A stretch of 64,000 nt of DNA from Eledone cirrhosa (GCA_964016885.1 OZ024743.1:228656001-228720000), one strand, 5' to 3'. Positions 1 to 13,347 are shown, counted from the first letter of the stretch. Translations and numbers: made by a program. The notes: generated by a model from the letters alone, not told the origin.

Positions 1-1400
1 CATACCATTTACATAGATCTCTATGCAGAACTATAAATTGACATTGAAATATATGCACACACCTACACCATACATAGACGTATACACACAAACAGTTTCA
101 TATACAAACATACATATCTACACAGATGACTAAGTAGATATATACACTCAATTATACACATAAACATACATGGACACATATTCATATAAATTAATATGCA
201 TGCACATGCATATAGGTGTGTTTGTATGTGAAATAAATGAATAAATACACACATGCATACATACACACACATATATATGTGTGTGTTTATGTATGTATAT
301 ATAGATACATACACCCCCACAAATCAATGCATGTATGCATACACAATGCAATAGAAATTGAAGAAACTGATATATGAACAGCATGTCTGTATATAAATTA
401 ATATGCATGCAAGCACATGCATATACACATGCACATGTATATATATATCAATGGACAAGCATGCAGCAACACTGACTGGTATGTTTACACATGATGCTAC
501 TATGTGAATCAACACATATTCACATTTACATATGAAGTACATGTATATTAACATACTTAAAATTTCATCATACGTTTCTCCCTATCTCTGTCTCTCTCAT
601 TCGCTCTCTTTCTCTCTCTCTCTATCTCTCTCTTTCTCCCCCTCTCTCTTGCAAGTCTTTCTATCAATACATCTTGTTGCAAGAACTTCTGTATGCGTCA
701 GCACACACCTCTTCTATTTCAAATAGCACAATATGCATACGCACTTATATGCATTCACATATACACACATATGAACACACAATGTATACGTGTCAATGTG
801 CACACATATACACACATAATGCATGCATGTCAATGTGCACACTTTAATAAATTAATAGATGTAAATATTCACCTGTATAAAAACTGACATACACATGCAT
901 ATACACACACACACTCATTACATAGATATACTTACATAGATACTTATAGATAACTGACAAAATGTGCACCTGCACATTTCCATAGAAAATGCAATACATA
1001 CACATATATAGATACACACACATGCACATATATAAATACATACATACATTCATTTACACACACACATATCTATCATTCCATACATCCATACATACACACA
1101 CCACCATATGTATTGCTGTACATATGCCATTTTCTGATATATAACTTAGAAGGCTTTACATTAATAATATATCTGTGTATGTTATCTTCTTAAGAAGATC
1201 CAGAGAACCTTTCTCATGCTCTCATGTCAGCCATACTGTCTTCCAGTATTTCATTGGCCTTACACTCTTTCTTGACTTTCTTTACGACCAACAATTACTG
1301 AACTTGTCCAAAGACTTAACTATACCCATGATCCTTACAAGAGGCTAAATATATATAGACACTTGTATATCATATCATATATATATATATATACTATGTG

Positions 1401-1431
<31 letters not shown>

Positions 1432-1578
1432 GCATACGCACAGACATATATTAAACACATATACATATGTGCCATCATCATCATTTAACATCTGCTTTTC
1501 TGTATGTGTGTGTGTGTGTGTGTGTATATATATGTGTGTGTGTGTGTGTTTGTGTCTGTCTGCATGTGTGTGTGTGTG

Positions 1579-1611
<33 letters not shown>

Positions 1612-2303
1612 GCATGCTACGAAATACAAGTATAGAAATCATCTAAGCTTATTAGATAATGCATTGGATGAGATTTGATCAGGTTCAGCGGTTTACTGGT
1701 CGTAATCTGTACAAAAAACTTATAACAGTGTTCAAAATACAGTGTGTAGAGATTGGTGATTTATTTATATATATAATGGTGACTAGAGATATGGTAACTG
1801 CGTGCATGCTTGCATACATGCACACTCACACTGATGCACAGCTGATTTATGCCTCTGCTAAACATGGTTGGTTGAGATTTTGTCACTGCATCAATAGATT
1901 TTATTTTGATGTCCTTCCTTCCACTAACCACTCTTCCATGAAATAACAGTGAAACCTGCTTATGTAAGTCAGGCGGCAAAATAGGGTAAGCAGTGTAACA
2001 TGTGATGTTCCGGGAGAACATGAGAGCTGTAGAAAGGTTATATTACGTAACTATGTAACTTGCACTCATTCTGTCTGAATTAACCCTTTTAACACCAAGC
2101 TAGCCAGAACCACACCTATTAACTCTCAACATCATGTATCACATGAAACCTTATTAGCAAGACATTCTTGAAAAGTACAAAACAGTATTATGACTGCATT
2201 GTTTTAAAAATTAAATTCATTCATACTGCACATTTTGACAAAATCTCTTTACTACTAAAGATACTAAAAATAATTAGTACAAAATAGCACTGTGATAGCA
2301 TTA

Positions 2304-2438
2304 CAGAAATAGCCGATGAAACAGCTTGAGCTCTGCCATCGGGGTAATACATTTTCTTATTACCCACTCTACTACCCTAAGTATTGAGTACTCTGGTGTG
2401 TTATAGTCCATCTGGTTCCTTACCACAATTCCTTCGTT
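2304..2438 (+). mobile_element. Short repeat family (copies 4637-4767 minus and 43651-43785 minus) with a hammerhead 3' half
   Basis: Shared attacccactctactaccc.aagtat..ag...ctgg...ttat.gtcca.ct.g..cttaccaca ending at (TA)n; GAAAC-GGC..GCC-GTC in the 43.7 kb copy. Confidence 0.7.
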
Positions 2439-2984
2439 ATATATATATATATATATATATACTTACCTACATACACACACACAAATACACATACACACAC
2501 ACAAATACACATGTAAACAGCATGTGTGTTTATGTATTAATTCAGAATGTAAAGGGTCTCAATAGACTCTTATGTTGGAATTCTGGGGATTATTCTCTAT
2601 CATATTGATTTGTCCTCCACATACTACATAAAATGGAAGAAGGCTTCAGTGAGAGAACTGATGTAACTAAATAAAGGATTTATTTGTAAATCTAAATAAG
2701 GAGCATGCATAAAAAACAAAAACCTAAAGAAATACTTAAAAAAAACACAACTAAAGTTATTTAAACGGAACCTCTTCAACACATATCCAAGTCATTAGAA
2801 AATAAAATGTGCATAATAAATACAAAGTTTTATGTGAGAAATATAAGGTACTGCAGTGTACTTAGTGCATGCAATGGTTACGCAAAGGATTGTATTGCAG
2901 TGAATCACTGGTAGATAGACAGAGAATAAGTACTTTATATTTTATAATAATAATAATGGTTTCATTTGTTGGGCACAAGGGCTT

Positions 2985-3018
<34 letters not shown>

Positions 3019-3409
3019 TATACACACACACACCAAGGCTAGATTAAAACCTATAGAGGCTATAAGCACTGAAAATGTTATGGGTCCTGGTTCAGCTGTA
3101 ACATTGTACCATGGTCTATTGTATATCTAGCACTGAAAAAAGTTCTGCACACACCCTCTCTTATTTGAAGCCCCAATTGTGTGCTTATCTTGCTTGTAAA
3201 TCCAAAGCTGATACATACACTTGTAATTCATGGTCATGTTATTCATAAAATTGACTAGGCTAAAAATCTAGGGGCCCATCAAGTTTGTTTCTGTAGTAGG
3301 GTGAAATTGAGATATAAAAAGGGGCCTATGTTACATAACGGCATTGGGCCTAGCCATGAGTTAATATGACCCCAGATGGCTAGCAAGATGTACTGCAGAA
3401 TCAACATTA

Positions 3410-3708
3410 GTTCTGATAATTGTTCCAGTTGTTTGTTCAATGAACAGCCTGTCCATGAGATTAAACATGCAAGTGGAAGGACATTCCAAGAACATTCCAG
3501 ATGTGTGTACCCTTAATGTAGTTCTCAAGTGGATTTAGTGTGACAAGGCTGTTCCTTTGCATGACAGATAAAAATCATTGCTACCAGATCAGTAGACTAG
3601 AGAAGCAGGAAATAAAGTGTCCAGCCCAAGTAAACAATCCACCACTAGGAATCTAACTTATGACTTTACAATTGTATAACATACAATCTAACCTCTAATC
3701 CATGTGAA
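3410..3708 (-). mobile_element. Decayed SINE; relatives at about 47915-48130(+), 48650-48805(-), 57140-57424(-), 58320-58460(-), 62700-62880(-)
   Basis: Recurrent tgacaaggctg...tgaatta / gagcaatgtgaaataaagtgtcttgctcaagg motifs shared with the SINE at 29231. Confidence 0.6.
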
Positions 3709-3877
3709 TATTGGGGATGGAGGTTAGCAAATTTTCAGTAACCAAAAAATTTCCATTCTCAGTAAAAACTGATTCACCTATTTCACTATTACTCTTTCAA
3801 CAGCATTGTAACAGCATATTATTTTTGACAATAGATTGCAGGGAGTGATTTTCATGAGAAATATGGTAATGAAAGGT

Positions 3878-4148
3878 TTAACCCTTTTGATACCAAACTT
3901 CCTGAAACTGCCTCTGTTTCTATGATATAGAACTGCTTGTGTTAAAGTGTTTGTATTTATCCCAAAACCTTCCATCATAATTTTATGTTAGTGCTTTTGT
4001 TAAGTTATATTCTAAACACCAACTTAATAATGAGAAAATTAATTTCATTACTAAATCCTTTCAAATTTTTTATTATTTTCAAAATTATTTGATTATTATA
4101 GTCAGTGCCTTTCATTAGAAATATTGTAACAAAAGGCTTAAGGGTTAA
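3878..4148 (+). mobile_element. TTAA-flanked (piggyBac-like) MITE, about 250 bp; other copies at about 16213-16420, 24350-24580, 49974-50305(-), 52482-52718, 57880-58090, 58539-58761(-), 59418-59669
   Basis: Ends TTAACCCTTTTGATAC...GTAA(C/T)(A/G)AAAGG(G/T/C)TTAA; conserved interior (ctgaaac..tg..ttctatgata, cagcttaataatgagaaa) in many copies. Confidence 0.7.
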
Positions 4149-4955
4149 ATACATTGAATTTACCATTCGATCTTCTAGTCTTTGTATACAAAACCAAATT
4201 ATTAAATGTATAAATACCAAATAATGATAAAAAGACCTGCTTTGTAACCAAGGAATTTCATTCAATGGTGTAATAATTCACATTTCTAGCTGCAGGCTTG
4301 AAATCTTCTGAAAGACAATAATCAGTGGTCATGAACCATTTATTTTAATGGTTAACACTCACATATCCAGAATTCAAGATGTAGAGATTGATTCCTCCCA
4401 GATATCTTAGTCCACTTTTTTGTTCGTCTTCAGGTAAACTTTACCTGATTCTCTCAATTATTATTTATAGTGATTGACTACTATTATAGTAATTTACGTT
4501 GGGATGACATTTCAACTGTCATGCCCATACATACACACAATATATAAAGAGTTATGCAATAAATGATGATCTCACTCTTCTGGAATGTGGTGTTTTAAAT
4601 AATTTTTGTAAATTTCTCTCTATATCTCATATATATAACAAAGAAGGTGTGGTAAGATACTAGGTGGACCATAACGCACTAGAGAACTCGATACTTAGGG
4701 TAGTAGAGTGGGTAATAGGAAAAGAGTCAGGACCCCGACTCTTTGGGTCCTGACTCTTTTTTTCCTATATATATATATCATAAAGAACAAGGAATCAGTG
4801 TTACATCATATCACATTTATTAACATATTACATATGTTTCTCTGTCGATCAACTCAAGGCAAGATCTGTTATGGATCGAACCCGACTCTGCACGAGCATC
4901 GAGTGCTCAACCGGCATACCACCTACAGATGCATTTACCTTGCAGCCCTACAACT

Positions 4956-6945
4956 ATCATCATCATCATCATCATCATCAGGTTTAGCGTCCGTGTTCCA
5001 CGCTTGCATGGGTTTGGACGGGGGTTTTCCCACTTGAGGCAAGAGTGGTTGTCTTGCTCGCATAGGACTGTCTGGCGGGTTTTCTACAGTTGGATGCCCT
5101 TCCTAACACCAACCACATTTACAGTGTGGGGCTGGGAGGTTTTTACCGTGTTGCCTACACGGCCACATTACAGCGTGGACTGTCTGGCGGGTTTTCTACA
5201 GCTGGATGCCCTTCCTAACACCAACCACATTTACAGTGTGGGGCTGGGAGGTTTTTACCGTGTTGCCTACACGGCCACATTTACAGCGTGGACTGTGTGT
5301 TTTTTGTCGTGACACCTACACGATCTCATTTGTTTCGGCCTGGATGTTGTGGGACCAACATAACTTTACATTGAAAGGGGCGGTGTGGGTGGGGTGGAGG
5401 TGGTGGGACGGGGGTGTGTTTTGATAGAGATGCCTACTGACTGTAGTAGGTTTTTACTTTGTATTTAGGTAAGGCGGGTCTTCTCTATTACTGAGTACCG
5501 CCAAAGGTCTCGGTCCAGTGACATTGTCTTGGAGAGGTGTAAGCGTGTGAGGTCGGAATTTATCAGCTCGTCCCATGTTTTTCTGGGTCTACCTACTCCG
5601 TGGCTACCGTCTATCTTTATTGCCCTGCACTTTGTTATACAGCTGTCGTCTTTCATGCGCATCACGTGACCGTACCAACGTAGCCTTCTCTCGAGTAAAC
5701 AACATCTGATCCCTCTTATTTCTAATTTTTTCCTTAGTTCGTTTATGCTTAGCCGTTCACGTATATTACTATTGCACATCCAGCGGAGCATGCAAGCTTC
5801 GTTCCTCTCTAGTCTGCGTATATCCTCTGCACACAATGCCCAGGTCTCACTGCCATGCAGCATTGCTGTTCGTATGCAGGCATCGTATAACCTGCCTTTC
5901 ATTTTTAGGGAGAACCCTCTAGCGGCTAATAGTGGTATAAGCTCTCTGAACTTTTTCCATCTAGTTCTGACTCTAGCTACTGTACTTTCAGAGCACCCTC
6001 CCCCACTGCTGATTTTGTCACCCAGATAATGGAAGCTGTCCACTATTTCTATAGAACCCTCTGCGCAGTTGAAGGAGCTAGTATTTTGTGGGCACTTGCT
6101 GCTACTTATTGCACCAGAGCACCGGCCACATGTAAAATCTATGTTCTTAGTTAGCTTACCTGTGATCCCACTACATCTTTTATGCACCCATACTTTGCAT
6201 TTGGGACATAAAATGGAGTTTCTACCTACGCCTTTCCTACACACTGAGCATGGCCATTTCCCCGATGGGACCGCCGCCTTATTTTCTTTCCTACAAACTA
6301 GAACTTTAGTCTTAGCCAGGTTAATTTTAAGGCCTTTTGATTCTAGGCCGTGCTTCCACGTTTGGAATTTCTTCTCTAGTTCGGTCATTGATTCAGCTAT
6401 GAGCGTTAGATCATCTGCGTATAGGAGTTCCCATGGGCAGCCGGTCTTGAACTCCTCTGTTATAGCCTGAAGGGCAATAATAAATAGTAGGGGGCTAAGT
6501 ACAGAGCCCTGATGGACACCAACTTTTACGCTAAACTCTTCACTATATTCGTTGTTAATTCTAACCTTACTGACTGTTTCTTTATACATGGCTTGTATAG
6601 CTCTCACAAGCCATTCGTCAACACCTAGTTTTCTAAGAGACCACCAGATAATGGAACGGGGGACTCTGTCGAAGGCTTTCTCCAAGTCGACAAAAGCTAA
6701 GTATAGGGGTTTACTTTTAGCTAGGTACTTCTCCTGTAGTTGTCGTACAATGAAAAGAGCGTCTGTGGTACTTTTGCCTGACACAAACCCGAACTGCATT
6801 TCATCTAGATCAATTCTCTCTCTGATTAGTTGCGCTATTACTTTTTCCGTGACCTTCATGACCTGGTCGATTAATTTAATGCCTCTATAGTTACTCCTAT
6901 CTAGGGCATCTCCTTTTCCCTTATAGCAGTTAACGATGATGCTGC
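4956..6945 (-). mobile_element. RTE-clade LINE, family A, 5'-truncated copy with about 500 bp 3'UTR and (TGA)n tail
   Basis: RT ORF (NYRGIKL, QFGF, AFVDLEKAFD, GVHQGSVLSP, LLYADD, YLG, LRWYGHV); (CAT)n at 4956-4980 is the tail; the 5' end abuts (TA)n at 6946; a 112-bp tandem duplication lies in the 3'UTR (5065-5289). Confidence 0.95.
5465..6945 (-). CDS. Reverse transcriptase (5'-truncated RTE ORF) with embedded PHD-type finger
   Basis: Uninterrupted frame from CSIIVNCYKG to the stop; the N-terminal 33 aa of the ORF-track call are flanking sequence and microsatellite. Confidence 0.9.
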
Positions 6946-7101
6946 ATATATATATATACATATATATACATCGTTTTTTAGAGAGAGACATACTGGATGG
7001 GTTAGTAAATTCGTTGTTTACTGAGGAAGGCACCAAAATCAACACACTATGTTATGGCAGTGTATATACTAAGAAGAAAATGAGGTTTCACATTACAGTC
7101 T

Positions 7102-7213
7102 CTATTGATTATGCATAGTTATGACCATTTTACAGATGGGTGGCTCAGGATCCATATTAATGTTATGGATCTGACTCCAGTCCAATCTGCTCATCAGATT
7201 TATTAATCAATAA
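7102..7213 (-). ncRNA. Type I hammerhead-like motif in a fold-back element (7071-7322)
   Basis: CTGATGA at 7197-7191; stem II GCAGAT..GG/CCATCTGT; the inverted arm preserves GAAAC-AGT-CGTA-ACTG-T (7263 onward); stem I ttattgatta/taatcaata. Confidence 0.6.
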
Positions 7214-7332
7214 GAGGCAGGTCTATAACATTAACATGGAGGATCCTGAGCCACCCATCTGTGAAACAGTCGTAACTGTGCATAATCAATAAATACCTTA
7301 TTGTGAAACCTTGTTTTGTTCTCTCTCCCTCT

Positions 7333-7383
<51 letters not shown>

Positions 7384-7624
7384 TATCTATATCTATCTAC
7401 ATTTCTCTCTCATATATATATTATATTGAAATCATAAATACAAGAATCAAAGTAACAGCAGGATACCACAAAATAATGTTGCCAAGTTCTTTTCTTTCAA
7501 AACCTATGGCTCTAAGGAAGGAGACTAGTCTAGAAAATATAAAAAAATACATAAACAAACAGTACAGATTTCTACAGAGAGAGAGGGGGGGGGGAGAAAG
7601 AAGGCAACTATGTATGTGTATATG

Positions 7625-7738
<114 letters not shown>

Positions 7739-7912
7739 AACTATATATATATATATATGGTAGATATGTGTGTAACTATAGTTGCAGGTGGTTTGCCAGT
7801 TAAAGCACTCAAACCCCACATGAGACAGACCCTCATAACATTATTATGTTTTAGTGCATTCTAGGGATTTGTAACAAACAGGAACAAAATCAAGGCTACA
7901 CCATAAATAAAC

Positions 7913-8007
7913 TTTATTGCATATGACAATTGTTTTGATATCAATCAGCTCAGGGTTTGATCATAATGATCAGGGCCCAACTCTGAATCAACATCTCATC
8001 AGATGTG
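7913..8007 (-). ncRNA. Type I hammerhead ribozyme motif (decayed) in a fold-back element (7873-8127)
   Basis: Minus strand: cacat-CTGATGA-stem II-(A)AAAC-AATT-GTC-atatg-c-AATAAA. Confidence 0.75.
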
Positions 8008-8128
8008 GGAGTTAAATTTCACAGGCACAGAATACAATGATCGAACCCTGAGCTGAACAATATCAAAACAATTGTCATATGCAATAAAGTCTATTTATGG
8101 TGAAACCTTGACTTCATTCCTGCTTAAT

Positions 8129-8172
<44 letters not shown>

Positions 8173-9147
8173 TATATACGTGCTCTTTCTTTTATTTATC
8201 TATTTTTATGTGACATGTATTGGTTTCAGTACCATTCTTATGATACTTTCTAAACATTTTATTTTTTTATGGTGCACAGTAATTCCTAATCATCTATGTT
8301 TCTGGAATGATCCCTCACATTAATACTAGTAATACTTCAAGGCCCTCACACTCCCCCACCAAAGTGGGTGGCAAATAAGCAAAATTATCAAAGCAACAGT
8401 CTAAATGCATTGAGTATTTGTGCCAGCTCCTTGCATTCTAAGATCAAATACTGCTGAAGTCACCTTTGTTTTCATTCTTCTGGGATTGATAAAATTAAGT
8501 ACCATAGAAACTGGGGTTGATTTAATAGACTTTCCCCACCCACTAAATTAGTGACCATGATCTTAATTTAGGAACGGTTATTTTGATCCTGTTTGGAGCT
8601 AGCCCAACCTTACTTGGGTGAATTCCAACACAAATACAAGTAAGTACACTGTTGCATAGACAGATGAAAAGCCAACAGGTTTATGTTTTGAATCCACCAA
8701 TACTGTGCTGTGGTCTCAACAGTGTTTGACTATATCCTTTTAGTCATGGTATTCCATTAAACTATGCTCTTCAGTTTATTACTGTCATGCACATCACTTT
8801 CTGCACAAATTCACCAATTATTTTACATCATTGTTCCAACCAGAGTTCTTTATTAAGGTTTTATCATAATTTTTATTAGGTTCTTGTATTTATTATCTCT
8901 TTTCAGGTTGAATAATTGATGGATAATACTTTTTTCATTGATTTCTCATACAGGCACTCAGATTTGGAGATCGTACATATGGTGTGAGTTCAAAATAAAA
9001 ATAGTTAAAGCTACTGGAAAAAAGAGCTTACTATATTTGCAGGGGTGTTAATGAATCAGGTGAAAGCTCACCTCCTTAAGCAAACATTATGAATGATTTA
9101 ATAATTGGTATTTGATTTATTTCCAAAAAGTATAATAGCTGTTTAAG

Positions 9148-9199
<52 letters not shown>

Positions 9200-9202
<3 letters not shown>

Positions 9203-9278
9203 GGTGTCTCTAAAAAACGTATGCACACTTTGAATGCAATGCTGTTGAAGTGTGTATATATTTTGTGGAGACACCCTG
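9200..9278. mobile_element. Miniature Tc1/mariner-type MITE (79 bp)
   Basis: TIRs CAGGGTGTCTC...cacactt / aagtgtg...GAGACACCCTG, inserted at the end of a (TA)n tract. Confidence 0.75.
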
Positions 9279-10439
9279 TGTATATATATCCAAACAGTTA
9301 GGAGTGAATCATTTGTTTTCTTGGTGAAACTACCACATTTCCAAGTAAAATCACAGAAAAATCATTCTGTTTATGATGGTTCATGCATATTCATTTATAC
9401 TAATAAATTTGGATCAAATCCCAGTCAACTTGAAAAATTATTCTAACCTCAGCTGTGTTGAAGTGTGATAAATATTTATAATAATGACAGCCACTATATT
9501 ATTCTATTAATAATATTCTATAGATATAATCCAACCCATGACCACCAGAGTTTAATCAAAACATAACAATAGTCATTCTACTTTAGAGCAAAAAAACAGA
9601 AAAATATAACAAAAAATTAACTAAAATAGACTAAATAAATAAAAGATGAATCATCATCATCCTCCCCCTTCTCATCACCATCAGCAGCACTATTTTACAT
9701 CTAATTTTCATGCTGGCAGGGTTTGATGGGTTGGCATATACTGTGATTAGACAAGTCAGATTACCATGTCTTGCTCATATGTTAAAAGTTTGGTACAGTA
9801 GTTATGGCTGGATGCCCTTCCTAATGCCAGCTATTTTACAGCATGTATTTTATCATGGCAGCAGCACTACAACTTTAAACAGTGAAATGAATGCATTTCA
9901 ACATGGCAGCAATACTATTATTTTATAGAGCCAACTAAGTATATTTTAGCATGGCATCAGCATTACAACTTTACAGAATTAACAGGGTGTTGCATAAGCA
10001 CTACCACTTTACAGCATAGTCCAGGTGATTTAATCATAGCACCAACATCAACCCTTTGCAGAGTACACTGGATGCATTTTAACATGGCCCAAACACCAGC
10101 ACTTTAGAAATTGCACTGGATGTATTTTATTGTGACACACACAACAGGGTGATCATTAATGTAAGAACATAAAACATAGCACAATGTTTATTGATAGAAA
10201 TATTAACTGGAGGAGTTAGAAAACTCAATAATTGTTACTACCTAGAACATAGAAGGTATGTTGAAACATATTTTACATTGAAATTACCATTTTATTCTTC
10301 TATTATGTCTGCCAATAAAGGAGGAGGAGTTGAAGTTACAAACAATGCTGCTGAGTCAATGATTACGGCCTCAGGTCTACAGAATTGAGAACACTAATCA
10401 CATTTAAGTTGTGAGAAAGGTTACAAACTCCACTTTATC

Positions 10440-11025
<586 letters not shown>

Positions 11026-11789
11026 TAATTAAATACATCCGAATATACAGACAGACAAACATACATACAATAATACATATGCACTGCTGAAACAAGTCTG
11101 ATCAGTTTAATAAAAAACAATAACATACACGCACACACATACATATATTTATTTATATATATATACTCACACACATACATTTACACATACACATATATAT
11201 ATAAATGATATAGCTATCAGGCTATCATATAAAAGATTACTTTCTTAATTCCAAGTTAGTTCCCTTTATTGGATTCCAGCAATGACAGTTAGTTGAAAAT
11301 GAAATTATGGTAATGACAATGTAGAAAAATAATTGCTGCAAGAAAAAGAAAAAGAGAGAGAGATCATGTGTGATAGATGTGAGAACAGTAGGTAGAAATT
11401 ATCAAAATATACTATTAGATGGAAATTATCAGATAACTCACAATTAAAAACCATAAGATGTGAAATAAACTAAACATACTGAAAGTAAAAAGGAAGCAGA
11501 AGAAAAGAAAATAGTAAAAATGGGAGTTATTATTTACTAGGCGGATTAAACCAGAAATTTCAAAGAGTAGAGAGAAAGAATTTGTTTTTGCCATCGTTGA
11601 AATTTCCTAGAAAGTGGTATTCACTCGAGGCAGTAAGATTCATATGAAAGAGAACATAACATCAACAATAATAATGATAATAATAAATAAAACAAACAGT
11701 GAATGTATTGTATAAAATGATGAAATTCATACACATGCATATAAATATGTATGTGTGTATATATGTATGTGAGTTTATATTAATATATG

Positions 11790-11822
<33 letters not shown>

Positions 11823-13347
11823 GTATATATGTATGAGTGATTATATATATATATATGTATTTATATAATGTGTATGTGTGTGTATATCTATGTTATGTAT
11901 ATCAACAAAAACTATGAAAGTTTGAAATCACATATATTCTATAATCTTGAAAGTTGATTCCACACTCCAAATTTTTCCTCTTTGTGAACTTAAACAAATG
12001 GAGAATGAGTAATTTCCCTGAACTATATAGAATTGAAGCATTTCCTAAATGTATTTGTGAGCATAAGTGTGGGGTGAGAGAGAGAGTGAGAGAGAGAGAG
12101 AGTGTGTGTGAGTATGTGAATGTGTGTGTGTGTGGTTTTGCTGACAAGATACCCTTCCTAAGGTCAACCACTTTACAAAGTGTATTGGCTGTGTTTCATG
12201 GGTGTATGTCATGCTGCCTGCATTAGGGAGGTTGTCTTGTCCTTGACATTGCTGAAGAGTTGTTAAGAATGCCAACAACTTTACCGAGTGTACTGAGTGC
12301 ACTTTATAATACTCTATGGAGGATCCCTTTTTCCAAGGCAAATATGATTGAGACTGAAAATAAAACGGGAGTGGTGGTTAAAAAGAACATAGATGTATGA
12401 CATGTGTGTGGTATGGGAGGAAAGGCCCTTTTCTCTGACCTAAAAATTTACTGCAAGTTTCTTTCCAAGTTGTACCAAACAAAACTTTTACAGCTATCAA
12501 GGGAGCATGTATGTGGAGGTGAGGTGACGTGGGTAGGAATGTCCTCCCAGATATGATTTGAGGGCAAGGAGTAATATTTTTACTGATTTAGTATTTTGTG
12601 AATATAAAAATATGTATAAAATATAGATCTGTAACTTATATTGCTGTAACTGAAATAGCAAGGAAATAATATATTCATTGCTGTTTTTGTAAGATTCCAA
12701 CCAATGAAATAAGATTGAAATTTGCCGCCAGTTCCATAAGCTGCTACTACTACTATCACCACCACTATGACAACAGCTTGATAAATGCAGAAGTGAAACA
12801 ACTTTTTCAGTTATTAAAATATTTTAAAATATAAGCCTAAAATATTTATGTAATTATCTTTCATGAAGAATAGTTTGAGATTGTGAAAGAAAGTATGAAG
12901 AAATTTAAAGGAAGACAGATAATATGAATACAATCATTTTTCTGGGAAAATGGGGATTCTTTTTATTGTTGCTTTTTGTGTTTGTGGTTGTTGAGTTTTA
13001 GTTATATTTAACTGTTTTTATTCATAAGGAAAAAAGAAAAAGTCTTTAAATCTATTATCAAATAAAGTTATTGAATGTGAATAGAAAAAAAACAAACTTT
13101 GGAATGTTCTGTTAAGTATAAGGTAGATATCTATAGATAGTTGATAGTTTTTTTGTTTGTTTGTTTTTGTTGTTTTAGTGATTTGCCAATAAGGAATTAT
13201 ATAATAAGAAAACCTGCCTTCTTAGAAAATGGGAGGTTTTCCTACATAGACTAATAAAGAATTACCCTAGCCCCAAACTAAAAGAAAAATCTTTGACTGA
13301 TGATTCATGATATTAGAAATGAAGTAAATAACAAAGGATAACTGAGT

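Noticed and set aside
1660-1715. ggatgagatt..tgatcag/ctggtcg..aatc hairpin as a hammerhead
   Set aside because: Neither core segment is intact; too degenerate to support
4410-4440. Other AG|GT junctions (4410-4440 plus, 40355-40385 minus, 62750-62772 plus, 2460-2470 minus)
   Set aside because: Weak donors (GTAAAC/GTAAAT), location inside repeats, or no polypyrimidine tract
5745-6890. Antisense ORFs over the RT (also 27763-29094, 31270-31644)
   Set aside because: Shadow frames of the LINE ORF
7015-7045. CTGAGGA hammerhead-like heptamer
   Set aside because: No stem II/GAAA/NUH in register
6946-7045. N-terminus of the 526-aa ORF as a genuine start
   Set aside because: Runs through (TA)n and unrelated flank; LINE homology stops at about 6945
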